In this document: piece after piece, positions 49,562 to 59,100 of the stretch | Position numbering within the stretch: the first letter of the stretch is position 1 | How the letters are laid out: each line of letters starts with the position of its first letter | NCBI GenBank assembly: GCA_963675755.2 | Contig: CAXXMD010000002.1 | Span: forward strand, 192,001 to 256,000 | DNA: 64,000 nt | Direction: 5' to 3' | Source: a bacterium | Lineage (GTDB): Bacteria > Zhuqueibacterota > Zhuqueibacteria > Residuimicrobiales > Krinioviventaceae | Notes under the pieces: generated by a model | Seen by the model: only the letters and a program-made list of their open reading frames with translations | Told to the model about the DNA's origin: nothing | Database searches by the model: none | Program-made: the position numbers and the translations under genes

Positions 49562-52500
49562 TTATTTTACAAATGCCATTTTTTTAATCTCTTTATATTC
49601 ACCAGCTATAATGCGATAGTAATATACACCCGAACTTACAATGGTACCCTGATCATTTCTTCCATTCCATTCAATTTCATGATAACCGGGATCCATTTTG
49701 TTGTTTACGAGTGTCGCTACTTGTTGTCCCATAATGTTAAATATTTCAATCCGGGTTTGCATAACCTTGGGAAGATCAAAACGTATGCGTGTGACCGGAT
49801 TAAAAGGATTCGGGAAATTCTGATGTACCTGGAATGTTTTCGGGTACGCGGTTTCCAGTGAAACCGGTCCGTGTTCACCAGACCATCCGGAAATACTCAT
49901 GTCAACAAGTTTATAAAAATAGGTCCTTCCGGGTACAGTTGTAGTATCTGAATAACTGTATTGTCCGTCTTTACGCGTAGGTATCAATTTATTGTTCAGC
50001 TGCGCGTATTCACCTTCTTTTGTTAATGAGCGATAGATAAAAAATCCAAGATTGTCTACCTCATTTGCGGTTTCCCAATCCAGAATAACTCCTTTATAGG
50101 GTTCATGAATTGCACTAAAGCTTTGCAATTCAACTTTGGTTACCTGCCCCCATGTCACTTCGTCTGTATATTCACCATCAGATACAACACATTTAAGTGA
50201 ATATGATCCAGGGTGCTCAGCTGCAACAAAGAGGAATTCAGAACCAGTTCCAACCTCAGTATCATCCAGATACCATGTGAATGTTAATGGATCAGAATCA
50301 TCATCTTTTGCCAGTATGGTGAATTTCTGGCTGCCACCTTGTGGAACATCCAATACGGATTGGGGTGGATCTTTGTAAACAATCTGTGGCGCAGAGTTTC
50401 CTGTAATAACTATGGTAAGAGAATCTATATCAAATCCTTGTTCAGAATCGGGTTTGTTATCATACACTTCAAATACAATGTCCCATGTTTTTTTCTGATT
50501 TGCTTTTGGCATCCAGGTGAATACACCAGTATTGGGATCAAATGAAGAGTTTGCCGGTAGATTTTTAACTGAAAAGATTAATGGATCATCGTCATCATCT
50601 GAAGCAATAATCTGGTATTGATATTGTCCCTCAGTATAATCAACAGAGTCTTTGTGTGTAAGGTTTGTAAATACCGGGAATGCATTGCTGACACCAGTTG
50701 CGATAAATTCCAAATAATCAGGATTTGTACCCGGCTTGGAAGCCCATAATACATTCTCAGCCTGGTCACCCAACTGCCAGAAACAGGAGGCAAGGCCCAT
50801 ACTATCAGTGGTATCTTTGGTGCTTGAAACCGAACCTATGAAATCTTTGGGTTGAAAATAAACCAGTTCATCACTTACTTTATTACCATAACTATCAGTT
50901 AGTTTCACAACATTGGGATAAACAAGGAACCGGTTTTTGGTCATTACCTGGTTATTGCCGGAAACCATGTTTAATCTTGAAGGTCTACCATGTACGGCCT
51001 GTATATTAAAGATTACCTGAATATCATCTAATTCCGGAGATTTGGCAGTTATAGTATATTCGCCAACAATTTGACCGAGCTCAAGAATACCCTTTGCCAT
51101 GCCATTCATGTCTGTTAATAGTGTGTCTGCATTTAAAAATTCTGCATGATGTTCATCTGTTGGTGCATCTGCAACATTAAATACTATTTTTGTACCGGGA
51201 ACCGGATTGTCATGTTTATCTATTGCTTTAATGATCAACGTATCTGCTATAACCATTCCTACTGTATCAGTAACGGTAGTTGCTGATAGTGCAAGCAAAT
51301 CTACAGCAGAATCTGATTGAGCAGTTACCGTAACCCAAATAAAGGTTTCATCATTGGTTACATTGGCTTTGATTTGTTGCGGTCCTGAAACCATACCCGG
51401 TATATAATTGATTTCTGAACATCCTAAAAAGTTAGAGGTAGCGGGATTGTCTCCGATGAATTCTGCATCGTCAACGGATTTGGTGAATGTTACACTTGCT
51501 CCTGCAACAGCCAGAGAATCGCTGTCGTATACTTTGATACGAATGGGGTTTTCCATTTCTTCACCAACGGTTCCTGACAGCTCTCCCGTATAGTCTGTCA
51601 ATTTATAGGGGGGAACCGCATCTCTGGATGTAATTGAGAATTCTGCTACCTGACTACTTTGTCCCAGAGATTTTATATATGCAAGTACCAGCTGCGTACC
51701 TGTATTGGGACCCAATACCCAGTTTGCATATGCATTACCCGCAGAATCCGATTTGGTGGTATAGGATTGCAAACCGCTTTCTTTATGATATCCATCTCCA
51801 ACCTGGGTTTGGAATACAATATCCACATTTTTGATAGGATTGCCGTTGAGGTCTGTTACATGTGCACCAAATGGCTTGTTCAATACGGCACCTTTGTTAC
51901 CGGTCTGATCTGTACCGGCAATAGCGTCAATCTGAGAGGCATCATCCGGCACAAAATTGATGTCTATACTTCCCAGTGCTTTACTATTCTCTGCCAAAAG
52001 AACGTCAACAGTTACAGTATCTGCAATGGTGGATTTTACCTGACCTGTTGTTTCACCGCTATTGTTTGTAGCAAGAGTTGGATTAATAATTGTAACTCCC
52101 TGATCATCCGCATTCAACTCTACCATTTTACCGGAAACAGGATTGTTGTATTTATCCCGCAAGCGGATAGTAACCTGTGATGATTCTACTCCATCTGCAA
52201 CCACATCCTGGATTGCATTAATTTGAGTAGAGTCTGCAAAAGGAGTACCTGCCCGCAAGGTGACTTTGACAGTGTCTGGAGACCCTGCTAAATGAACATC
52301 ATCATTACTGGATGATATCTCTAACCAGTTTTCTGTATTTATATCTGTACCTAAAATCCAGTTTTCTGTTGCTACACCGTTCAATGTTCCCTGAAAGCTT
52401 TTGTCAATAGTCGTTGATTCAAGACGACCACCGCCCTTGATGACTTTGTAATTGACGTTATGTTTGTCAACGGGATCGCCATCCAGATCATAGGCGCCAA

Positions 52501-55500
52501 CATTTACTGCAAATGTATCAGCAACAGTTAATGTTGTGTCACGTGTAGTTAATAAGCGAATTTCAGTTGCTTCCGGAGTAGAACCAAAGATAAAAAAGGT
52601 CTGTTCGGACTGTAATTCACTGCCATTGTTTTCTGAACTTGCTTTAACAGTATTTATATCCAATACCGGTTTGAAATAGGCCTGTGCAATACCATCGTTG
52701 TTGGTTTGCTGTGTTGTTTCTTCTACCAGGCTGTCATCATCCAGAATAAATTTGCCTTTACTTCCATTATCCGGATAGGTTACTGTAAATGTAACCGGGT
52801 GTCCGCTGATGGGGTAATCATGTCGGTCTGTAACCCTGACTTTGATTGCCTGTGATAAACGTTGGTTGGCTATACCTGTATCGGTAGCTGCGGAAATCTG
52901 TTTGAGATAAAAAGGTTCGCCGGGAATGGTTATCGCTTTAAATTCAACAGGTGAATTTAAAAGAAAAGTACCATTGTGCTTTGCAGTAGCCTGAACGATA
53001 TTGGTGTCGGGATCAATGCTCAGGATCCAGTTAACTCTGGCGATACCATCAGCTCCACTTGTTACTGTAATACTGTCAGCACCGTTAACAGTACCATCAC
53101 CATCAATAATTTTAAACTTGACACTGGTATTCGGAACCGGATTGTTGCGAATATCCAGTACTCTTATTTCAGGTGTCAGTGTGGTGGCATTGTTCGATAA
53201 TATCAAATTGTTCCAGAGACTATCCTGATTGGCTTTGATCTTTTCCGGAGTACCAGGAGTTGCCGTTGCTCTGAAAACAACCGGATCAATATCCGGACGG
53301 TTTTCTATTGTAACCTCTATAGAGTCACTGTTTATACCTGCTGTGAAACCCAGCGTATAAAAAACATGTGCCTGTCCGTTTTCATCTGTAAAACGGGTCA
53401 GTTCTGTTTCTGCGCCAATCTGGCCACCTGTGCTTAACACATTATAAATCACAGCCTGTTCGGGGATTGGGTTGTTATACTGGTCCCGTACTTCAACCAC
53501 CAGAGAATCTTCCAACATGGAACCTATTTGAGCCTGTTGCACCGGAGAATCACCACTAATCTTGACGATTTGGCTGGCAGTATCCGGGATTACAAAACCT
53601 CTGAATGTTACCGGGCTTCCTGTTAACGCTGTCTGCGAATTGTTTTTATTTGCAGTTGCAGTTATCAGGTTGGTTATATTGATATTGGTACCCATTTGAT
53701 AATCAACCTGAGCGATACCCTGGCTGTTGGTGATTGCAGTTACCGGACTGGTTTTATTTGGAAAAAGTCCATTGCCCTGAGTTACCTGAAATTTTACAGA
53801 GTGACCCGGGTAAGGATTGTCATATTCATCTGTTACTCTGACCTGAAGCGCGATCGGGCTGTGTCCCGCACCATAAGTGAATGGTGACGTACTGGCTATT
53901 ATCATGTTCGAAGCCGGGGCAGGGGTAGCTGTGGCTGTATACTGTACTGCTGTAACACCCGGATAATCCGGTAAATAGACACGAATGGTTTGCGTGCCTG
54001 CAACTGTTCCGAGACGATATGTCGCTTCCGCTGTACCATCTGCAGATGTATTTACAATAGTAGAATCCAAAGAAGAAAAACTACCGCCACCGCTAATGGT
54101 TTTAAATACAACTCGAATGCCTGATGACATGTTTGTACCAAATGGATCAACAATTTTAATCTTGAATGGATTCGGCAAAATGGTATTGACCACTGCTGAC
54201 TGGTTTGGTGTATCACCGGATATTTTTATAATCTTGTTTGGTCGCCTTGGTAATACAGTCAAATGGAATGTGTCTGGTGAACTGATCTGCAAGTCAGGAA
54301 TACCTTCAACTTTGACCAGAGTTTCACCTTCATCGTTACCTGCGGCAAAAGTTGTAAGTGCTTTACCCAGTGTGTCTGTTGTTACTGTTTTTATATCATT
54401 TTCAACACTGATTCCTTCTTTGCCTTCAAAGTTTCCATCGCCGTTGATTACTGAAAATCTAACCGTATATGATTCTATACCATTATTATATTGATCGGCA
54501 ATTTTAACAGTCAGGCTATCGCCAAATTGTTTTCCGGCATTTTGTTCCTGTTCGTCTACTTCAAGCATGATCAATTGATAAGGGGAGTCTGGTTTGGCTT
54601 CCGGACGAAAGTAGAGTGGGGCACCGGGTAAATTTACATCAACCATGACCACATTTGTATTAACCCCCGCTGAATCACCTAATGTATAGCTGACCGATGC
54701 TGTACCATCTGCAGATGTGTTTACGGTTTTGCTGTTTCCATTATCATCAAAAAATCCATTTCCTTTTGATACGTTAAATGGAACTGGGTAATTTTCAACA
54801 GGATCACCTTTTTCATCCAGAATTTTAACTGTCAATGGTGTGTTTAATGCATGCATTACGGTTCCGGTTTGGTCTGCGCCCTCAACGACCTGAATTTCTA
54901 CCGGTACACCTTCACCTGCTATACCTCTGAATGTAATAGGTGCAATATTGGGATAACCGGGAAGAGATGCTTGTACAACCGATTCTTCTTCATACCCCAA
55001 GGTAAGTTGAATACTTGCAGTACCATCGCTTTCTGTTGATAAACGTGTGGAATCCACACCCGTACCGTTAAATGTTCCATCTCCTGAAATGACTTTAAAA
55101 TCAACCGGTATCCCCACACATGGATTGGAATAAACATCTTGTAAGAATATGGAAAAGTCAATATCTAATGGACTACCCGCTACACCGGGATAGCTCGGTG
55201 CGGAATTGTAATCTATACCTTGCGGATCAAGTGCTTCCGCATAAACAGAAAACAATTGTGTTGATCCTACTGATACATTTGCATCTGCCTGGACCTGTAC
55301 TGAACCTGCTTGCAAACCAAAAGTGATCTCTGTTCTTGCCAAGCCTGATGCATTTGTAATAAATGAAAAAGGTTGGGTTTCATCACCTTCATTGGTCGGT
55401 GTATAAGATTCATTTCGGGTTAACAGGATTTTGTCAATCTGTGTGCCGGATTCGCGGTTATGTATAAGAAAATCAACAAATCCACTTGGCAGTGAAAATG

Positions 55501-57652
55501 TATTACGTTCTTCGTATGATACCCATTGCCAATAGTCACGTGCGTTAAAGTCCCAACGATATTCCTGAGAGTTATTGACTGATACATAGCAGGAATTGCT
55601 AACTCCGGAGGGAGCATAGACACGAAGCCAAACTTTATAGGTGCCAGATACCGGTATATAGATGTTATATGTTGCAGTACCTTGTTCATTGTTTCCCTGA
55701 CCATATTCGTCAACATAGGGGGTCACAACAATATATTTGTTATCAGATGCTTCAATATCATCCTGCTGGGTCATTGGAAGATCAAGTGTACCACTTTCTG
55801 CTTCAACCCAGACATTGTTGTTAAATTCCTGTTCAATGGAATCTGAATGTGTACTGAGATATCCGACTCCCGCTGTAACTTTGAATTCTACAGGTTCGCC
55901 TGAAACAGGAAGACCATTAATATCCAGGATTTGAACTGTCAGTGAATTTGCGAGCTTTTTGGTTACACGGCCTGATTCATTGTTACCCGCGTACATTTTC
56001 ATTTCATATGCAGGTAGTTGAGGGATTTTTAAAGTAAAATTATCTACAGCATAATCTTTACCACCGTAAAGCATTACTCCTGAATATAATTGATCTGCAT
56101 TACCCTGGGTTTTATTGGTATCGTGAACATTACCAATATAAATGGTTCCGGAAGTCGTGCTATTCAAATATACTTCGAATGAATGACCTGTACTGGAATT
56201 GGGATACCCTTGAACTACAAGTTTGTCTCCCGCGGATGGCACAACACTGGTGGATACAGAGTAGATTTCTGCTTGCTGTATACTTCCGTTTGTAATGGGA
56301 TAGAGGCGCAAACGGTTTGAACGGATAAAAATAAAGTATCCGTTTGCTGTCGATGTGGAATCGTCTAGCATCATGGCAACGCCAATATCGCCAGCCATTC
56401 CATATTCAAAAGTTGTTTCTACATAAGCCGCATTGGGTGAATACGTAGCGCGTTTATAAGTTGCAAGGTCGTTCCAACCACCAACAGTATTTACATTCAC
56501 CAACTGTCCGTTAATAACATCATAACTACCGTCATAATCCCACCAGGTGTTTGTCAGTGTTTCATCACTAAAATCATCTGAATATTCCGGTACTACTTCG
56601 GGCTCTATATATAAATTAAATACCTCAGAAATAGGTCCTTCATTATTTAATTCATCCCAGCAGCGAATATAAAAATGATAAGTAACATCAGATACCAATC
56701 CACTTATTACAACTGATTCAATGGAATTGGGATCAGAAGGTCCATCTACACCGGGTACCAGAATACCATCATTAAATTCCTGCAGGTCAAATTCAGAATA
56801 TCTCAATTCATAGAGGTTGGCTCTGCCGGTATAGTTATCATCACCGGGGGCTCTCCATTGCAGCTGTATTGTACCGGTTTGATTATTCAGCACTTCTCCA
56901 CGAACCCATGTTACCGTACCAGGATCAATGGTGTCACCAGCATTTATGCCTTTGATAACGCGGGCATATTCATCAGCCATTTTTTCATAACCGGATTCAT
57001 TAGGATGTCTTACTTCTGAATAATCTGCCAACTCTAATTTAGAGTACATGTCTACAATTGTCATCTTGTCTACTGCTAGACCGGCAGCTCTGTCGAAAAA
57101 CATGTTTTCAATTTCAGAGTTGAAACTTACAACCTGTGGGTTTTCCAATGTACCATTGTCTTGCTGGGATATGATTTTACAAACAAGAATGCGTTCAACA
57201 CTGGAAAAAGCTGAAGCAAGTTTTAAAACCTGGGCAAGTTTACCGGATGAAGTGTTGGTATTTAGTGTGATTCCATTATCATCAGAATAGGGAGCTGCCT
57301 GATCAGTATAATTATTGGTCCCCAAATGGATCAAAAGCATATTGGGCTTGTAGTTATTAATAGCAGCTTTAATATCTTTGGCAGCACCTTCATAAAACTG
57401 TTCAATCTTGGCTCCGCTCAGAAAAAGTCCGTTATATGGAGAAGAACCATCTGGACCGACAAATTCAAAATCAAGACCCGCGTCGTTTAATTGTTGGTAC
57501 AGATCGTCTCTAAATCCAGGCTCATAAGGATAGCCGTTGGTAATCGAGTTACCTACAGGCATGATCCTCCACCGTGCCGCAAATATATGACATGAAGTTA
57601 AAAGGATAATTAATAAAATCAGTTTAAAGCAATTTTTACATTGCAAAGTCAA
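49562..57652 (-). CDS. 2696-aa secreted surface protein: SGNH hydrolase, FN3, CBM-like module, many Ig-like (Big_1/invasin-type) repeats and C-terminal sorting domain
   Basis: TTG start with GGAGG RBS; VGNSIT / HLGTNN / HPN.SGY SGNH blocks; LQWRAPGDD FN3; recurring V.D..NP..G..V.F and T..DG.A repeats; QNFPNPFNP C-domain. Confidence 0.85.
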   Translation of the reverse strand: MTLQCKNCFKLILLIILLTSCHIFAARWRIMPVGNSITNGYPYEPGFRDDLYQQLNDAGLDFEFVGPDGSSPYNGLFLSGAKIEQFYEGAAKDIKAAINNYKPNMLLIHLGTNNYTDQAAPYSDDNGITLNTNTSSGKLAQVLKLASAFSSVERILVCKIISQQDNGTLENPQVVSFNSEIENMFFDRAAGLAVDKMTIVDMYSKLELADYSEVRHPNESGYEKMADEYARVIKGINAGDTIDPGTVTWVRGEVLNNQTGTIQLQWRAPGDDNYTGRANLYELRYSEFDLQEFNDGILVPGVDGPSDPNSIESVVISGLVSDVTYHFYIRCWDELNNEGPISEVFNLYIEPEVVPEYSDDFSDETLTNTWWDYDGSYDVINGQLVNVNTVGGWNDLATYKRATYSPNAAYVETTFEYGMAGDIGVAMMLDDSTSTANGYFIFIRSNRLRLYPITNGSIQQAEIYSVSTSVVPSAGDKLVVQGYPNSSTGHSFEVYLNSTTSGTIYIGNVHDTNKTQGNADQLYSGVMLYGGKDYAVDNFTLKIPQLPAYEMKMYAGNNESGRVTKKLANSLTVQILDINGLPVSGEPVEFKVTAGVGYLSTHSDSIEQEFNNNVWVEAESGTLDLPMTQQDDIEASDNKYIVVTPYVDEYGQGNNEQGTATYNIYIPVSGTYKVWLRVYAPSGVSNSCYVSVNNSQEYRWDFNARDYWQWVSYEERNTFSLPSGFVDFLIHNRESGTQIDKILLTRNESYTPTNEGDETQPFSFITNASGLARTEITFGLQAGSVQVQADANVSVGSTQLFSVYAEALDPQGIDYNSAPSYPGVAGSPLDIDFSIFLQDVYSNPCVGIPVDFKVISGDGTFNGTGVDSTRLSTESDGTASIQLTLGYEEESVVQASLPGYPNIAPITFRGIAGEGVPVEIQVVEGADQTGTVMHALNTPLTVKILDEKGDPVENYPVPFNVSKGNGFFDDNGNSKTVNTSADGTASVSYTLGDSAGVNTNVVMVDVNLPGAPLYFRPEAKPDSPYQLIMLEVDEQEQNAGKQFGDSLTVKIADQYNNGIESYTVRFSVINGDGNFEGKEGISVENDIKTVTTDTLGKALTTFAAGNDEGETLVKVEGIPDLQISSPDTFHLTVLPRRPNKIIKISGDTPNQSAVVNTILPNPFKIKIVDPFGTNMSSGIRVVFKTISGGGSFSSLDSTIVNTSADGTAEATYRLGTVAGTQTIRVYLPDYPGVTAVQYTATATPAPASNMIIASTSPFTYGAGHSPIALQVRVTDEYDNPYPGHSVKFQVTQGNGLFPNKTSPVTAITNSQGIAQVDYQMGTNINITNLITATANKNNSQTALTGSPVTFRGFVIPDTASQIVKISGDSPVQQAQIGSMLEDSLVVEVRDQYNNPIPEQAVIYNVLSTGGQIGAETELTRFTDENGQAHVFYTLGFTAGINSDSIEVTIENRPDIDPVVFRATATPGTPEKIKANQDSLWNNLILSNNATTLTPEIRVLDIRNNPVPNTSVKFKIIDGDGTVNGADSITVTSGADGIARVNWILSIDPDTNIVQATAKHNGTFLLNSPVEFKAITIPGEPFYLKQISAATDTGIANQRLSQAIKVRVTDRHDYPISGHPVTFTVTYPDNGSKGKFILDDDSLVEETTQQTNNDGIAQAYFKPVLDINTVKASSENNGSELQSEQTFFIFGSTPEATEIRLLTTRDTTLTVADTFAVNVGAYDLDGDPVDKHNVNYKVIKGGGRLESTTIDKSFQGTLNGVATENWILGTDINTENWLEISSSNDDVHLAGSPDTVKVTLRAGTPFADSTQINAIQDVVADGVESSQVTIRLRDKYNNPVSGKMVELNADDQGVTIINPTLATNNSGETTGQVKSTIADTVTVDVLLAENSKALGSIDINFVPDDASQIDAIAGTDQTGNKGAVLNKPFGAHVTDLNGNPIKNVDIVFQTQVGDGYHKESGLQSYTTKSDSAGNAYANWVLGPNTGTQLVLAYIKSLGQSSQVAEFSITSRDAVPPYKLTDYTGELSGTVGEEMENPIRIKVYDSDSLAVAGASVTFTKSVDDAEFIGDNPATSNFLGCSEINYIPGMVSGPQQIKANVTNDETFIWVTVTAQSDSAVDLLALSATTVTDTVGMVIADTLIIKAIDKHDNPVPGTKIVFNVADAPTDEHHAEFLNADTLLTDMNGMAKGILELGQIVGEYTITAKSPELDDIQVIFNIQAVHGRPSRLNMVSGNNQVMTKNRFLVYPNVVKLTDSYGNKVSDELVYFQPKDFIGSVSSTKDTTDSMGLASCFWQLGDQAENVLWASKPGTNPDYLEFIATGVSNAFPVFTNLTHKDSVDYTEGQYQYQIIASDDDDDPLIFSVKNLPANSSFDPNTGVFTWMPKANQKKTWDIVFEVYDNKPDSEQGFDIDSLTIVITGNSAPQIVYKDPPQSVLDVPQGGSQKFTILAKDDDSDPLTFTWYLDDTEVGTGSEFLFVAAEHPGSYSLKCVVSDGEYTDEVTWGQVTKVELQSFSAIHEPYKGVILDWETANEVDNLGFFIYRSLTKEGEYAQLNNKLIPTRKDGQYSYSDTTTVPGRTYFYKLVDMSISGWSGEHGPVSLETAYPKTFQVHQNFPNPFNPVTRIRFDLPKVMQTRIEIFNIMGQQVATLVNNKMDPGYHEIEWNGRNDQGTIVSSGVYYYRIIAGEYKEIKKMAFVK

Positions 57653-57948
57653 GAGAGACCTCCGGAATTTTATTATAATTTATGAATATTCCGATCAGTT
57701 TTTTGCAAAGATTATACCTTTAATCTGGCCGGATTTTGATAATTTATGTACAATAAATTTATATTTTATAAAATAATTTGTGAATTTGTGATGATGCAAG
57801 TTCAATAATAACAGTTTGTTGTTGTACAGTGATTATTGTGGGGTAATTATACGAAAATAAAAATTAATAATTAAATTTTTGGATAATTAATCCTAAATAA
57901 AAACTGTACCAATTGAAAACGATTTATGCTTCATTGTCGTACAAGTAA

Positions 57949-58554
57949 TTAAAATAAAAAGTTTAGTTTGAATGACAATTTAGGTCCACTGTAATTATCG
58001 GTTTCTCCGACTTTTTGAGAAAATTTTGCATACAGGTAAGCATATTCAGCGGTAAATGCAAATCTTGAAAATAAATACAGGTTCACACCCGTCCCCACAT
58101 TAAATCCAAATCCTGCCCGGTCAAGGGGGATATTGGAATTATCAGCACCCATTGGAACTTGTCTGGACCAAATGCCGGCTATTCCATAATTAACAAATGG
58201 GCAAATACGTGATTGTGTTAAAATATAATTTTTCAATTCAACAGATAAATGTCGTAAAGAGACATAATCCAGTTCAATGTCTTCAAGCTCGTTTTGTTTC
58301 CAATACATAAATGCTAAGCGGATTGCATAGCTTTTGATAGATGGAGAAGTTAAAGAAACACCCATATAATTGTCAGCCCCTTTAATATTATCAAAGGGTT
58401 TTGACGAATTCTGGTCCAGTGCGCTTGGTTTCCAAACACCATAGTCAAAGGCAACATTACCTCTGGTGAAATGTTCCTCTGCAAGTGCATTTGAAAATCC
58501 CAGTGTGATGATAAAAAGTATTAATAAATAAATATATATACGAAAGCAGCTCAA
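57949..58554 (-). CDS. Small outer-membrane beta-barrel protein
   Basis: Signal peptide; PFVNYGIAG and GFGFNVGTG strands; C-terminal LNFLF; GAGG RBS with TTG start. Confidence 0.75.
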   Translation of the reverse strand: MSCFRIYIYLLILFIITLGFSNALAEEHFTRGNVAFDYGVWKPSALDQNSSKPFDNIKGADNYMGVSLTSPSIKSYAIRLAFMYWKQNELEDIELDYVSLRHLSVELKNYILTQSRICPFVNYGIAGIWSRQVPMGADNSNIPLDRAGFGFNVGTGVNLYLFSRFAFTAEYAYLYAKFSQKVGETDNYSGPKLSFKLNFLF

Positions 58555-58610
58555 GAAAACCTCGTTAATTCAAAAGAAATGGCAAACAGTAAAAGTAATG
58601 ATATATTTTA

Positions 58611-58934
58611 TTATTTTTCTGAATCCGGTTGAAAACCAAATTGTTTAACCTGACCCATATCCTGTTTTAAATCATTTATTTCACCAAACTGCTCTTCATA
58701 TTTTTTGATATTTTCCTGCATTGCTTTTAAAAATGATTTTGCATGCTGAGGTGTCATTATTATCCTTGAATAGACTTTGGTTTTGGGAACACCTGGTACA
58801 ATTCGAGTAAAATCAATTATAAATTCAGCAGGGGAATGTGAGATTAATGCTAAATTAGAATAAATGCCTTCTGCTTCTTTTTCACCCAATTGAATGTTTA
58901 TTTGATGAGGTGGTGTCGGTTGATTAGAATTCAT
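58611..58934 (-). CDS. DUF3467-type small protein
   Basis: AEGIYSNLALISHSPAEFIIDF...SRIIMTPQHAK...YEEQFGEI; GGAG RBS before ATG 58934. Confidence 0.8.
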   Translation of the reverse strand: MNSNQPTPPHQINIQLGEKEAEGIYSNLALISHSPAEFIIDFTRIVPGVPKTKVYSRIIMTPQHAKSFLKAMQENIKKYEEQFGEINDLKQDMGQVKQFGFQPDSEK

Positions 58935-59100
58935 GATATCTCCATCTTTATTTAGTTTATAAATTAACAATTTTTTAGTTCAACACAAATATTTTTTTAT
59001 ATTGTTATGTTACCATTTTTTATCTTACAGGTTCCAGTTTTTCGTTGTATTTCGTAATGATTTTCACTACAATTTAATTTATGATTAAATCAGGTAGAAA

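Noticed and set aside
54030-54724. 26-nt near-identical direct repeat (GCTGTACCATCTGCAGATGT-x-TTTAC) at 54030 and 54699
   Set aside because: Both copies encode VNTSADGTA in Ig repeats of the giant protein. This is internal domain duplication; no reverse transcriptase or recombinase suggests a DGR or shufflon.
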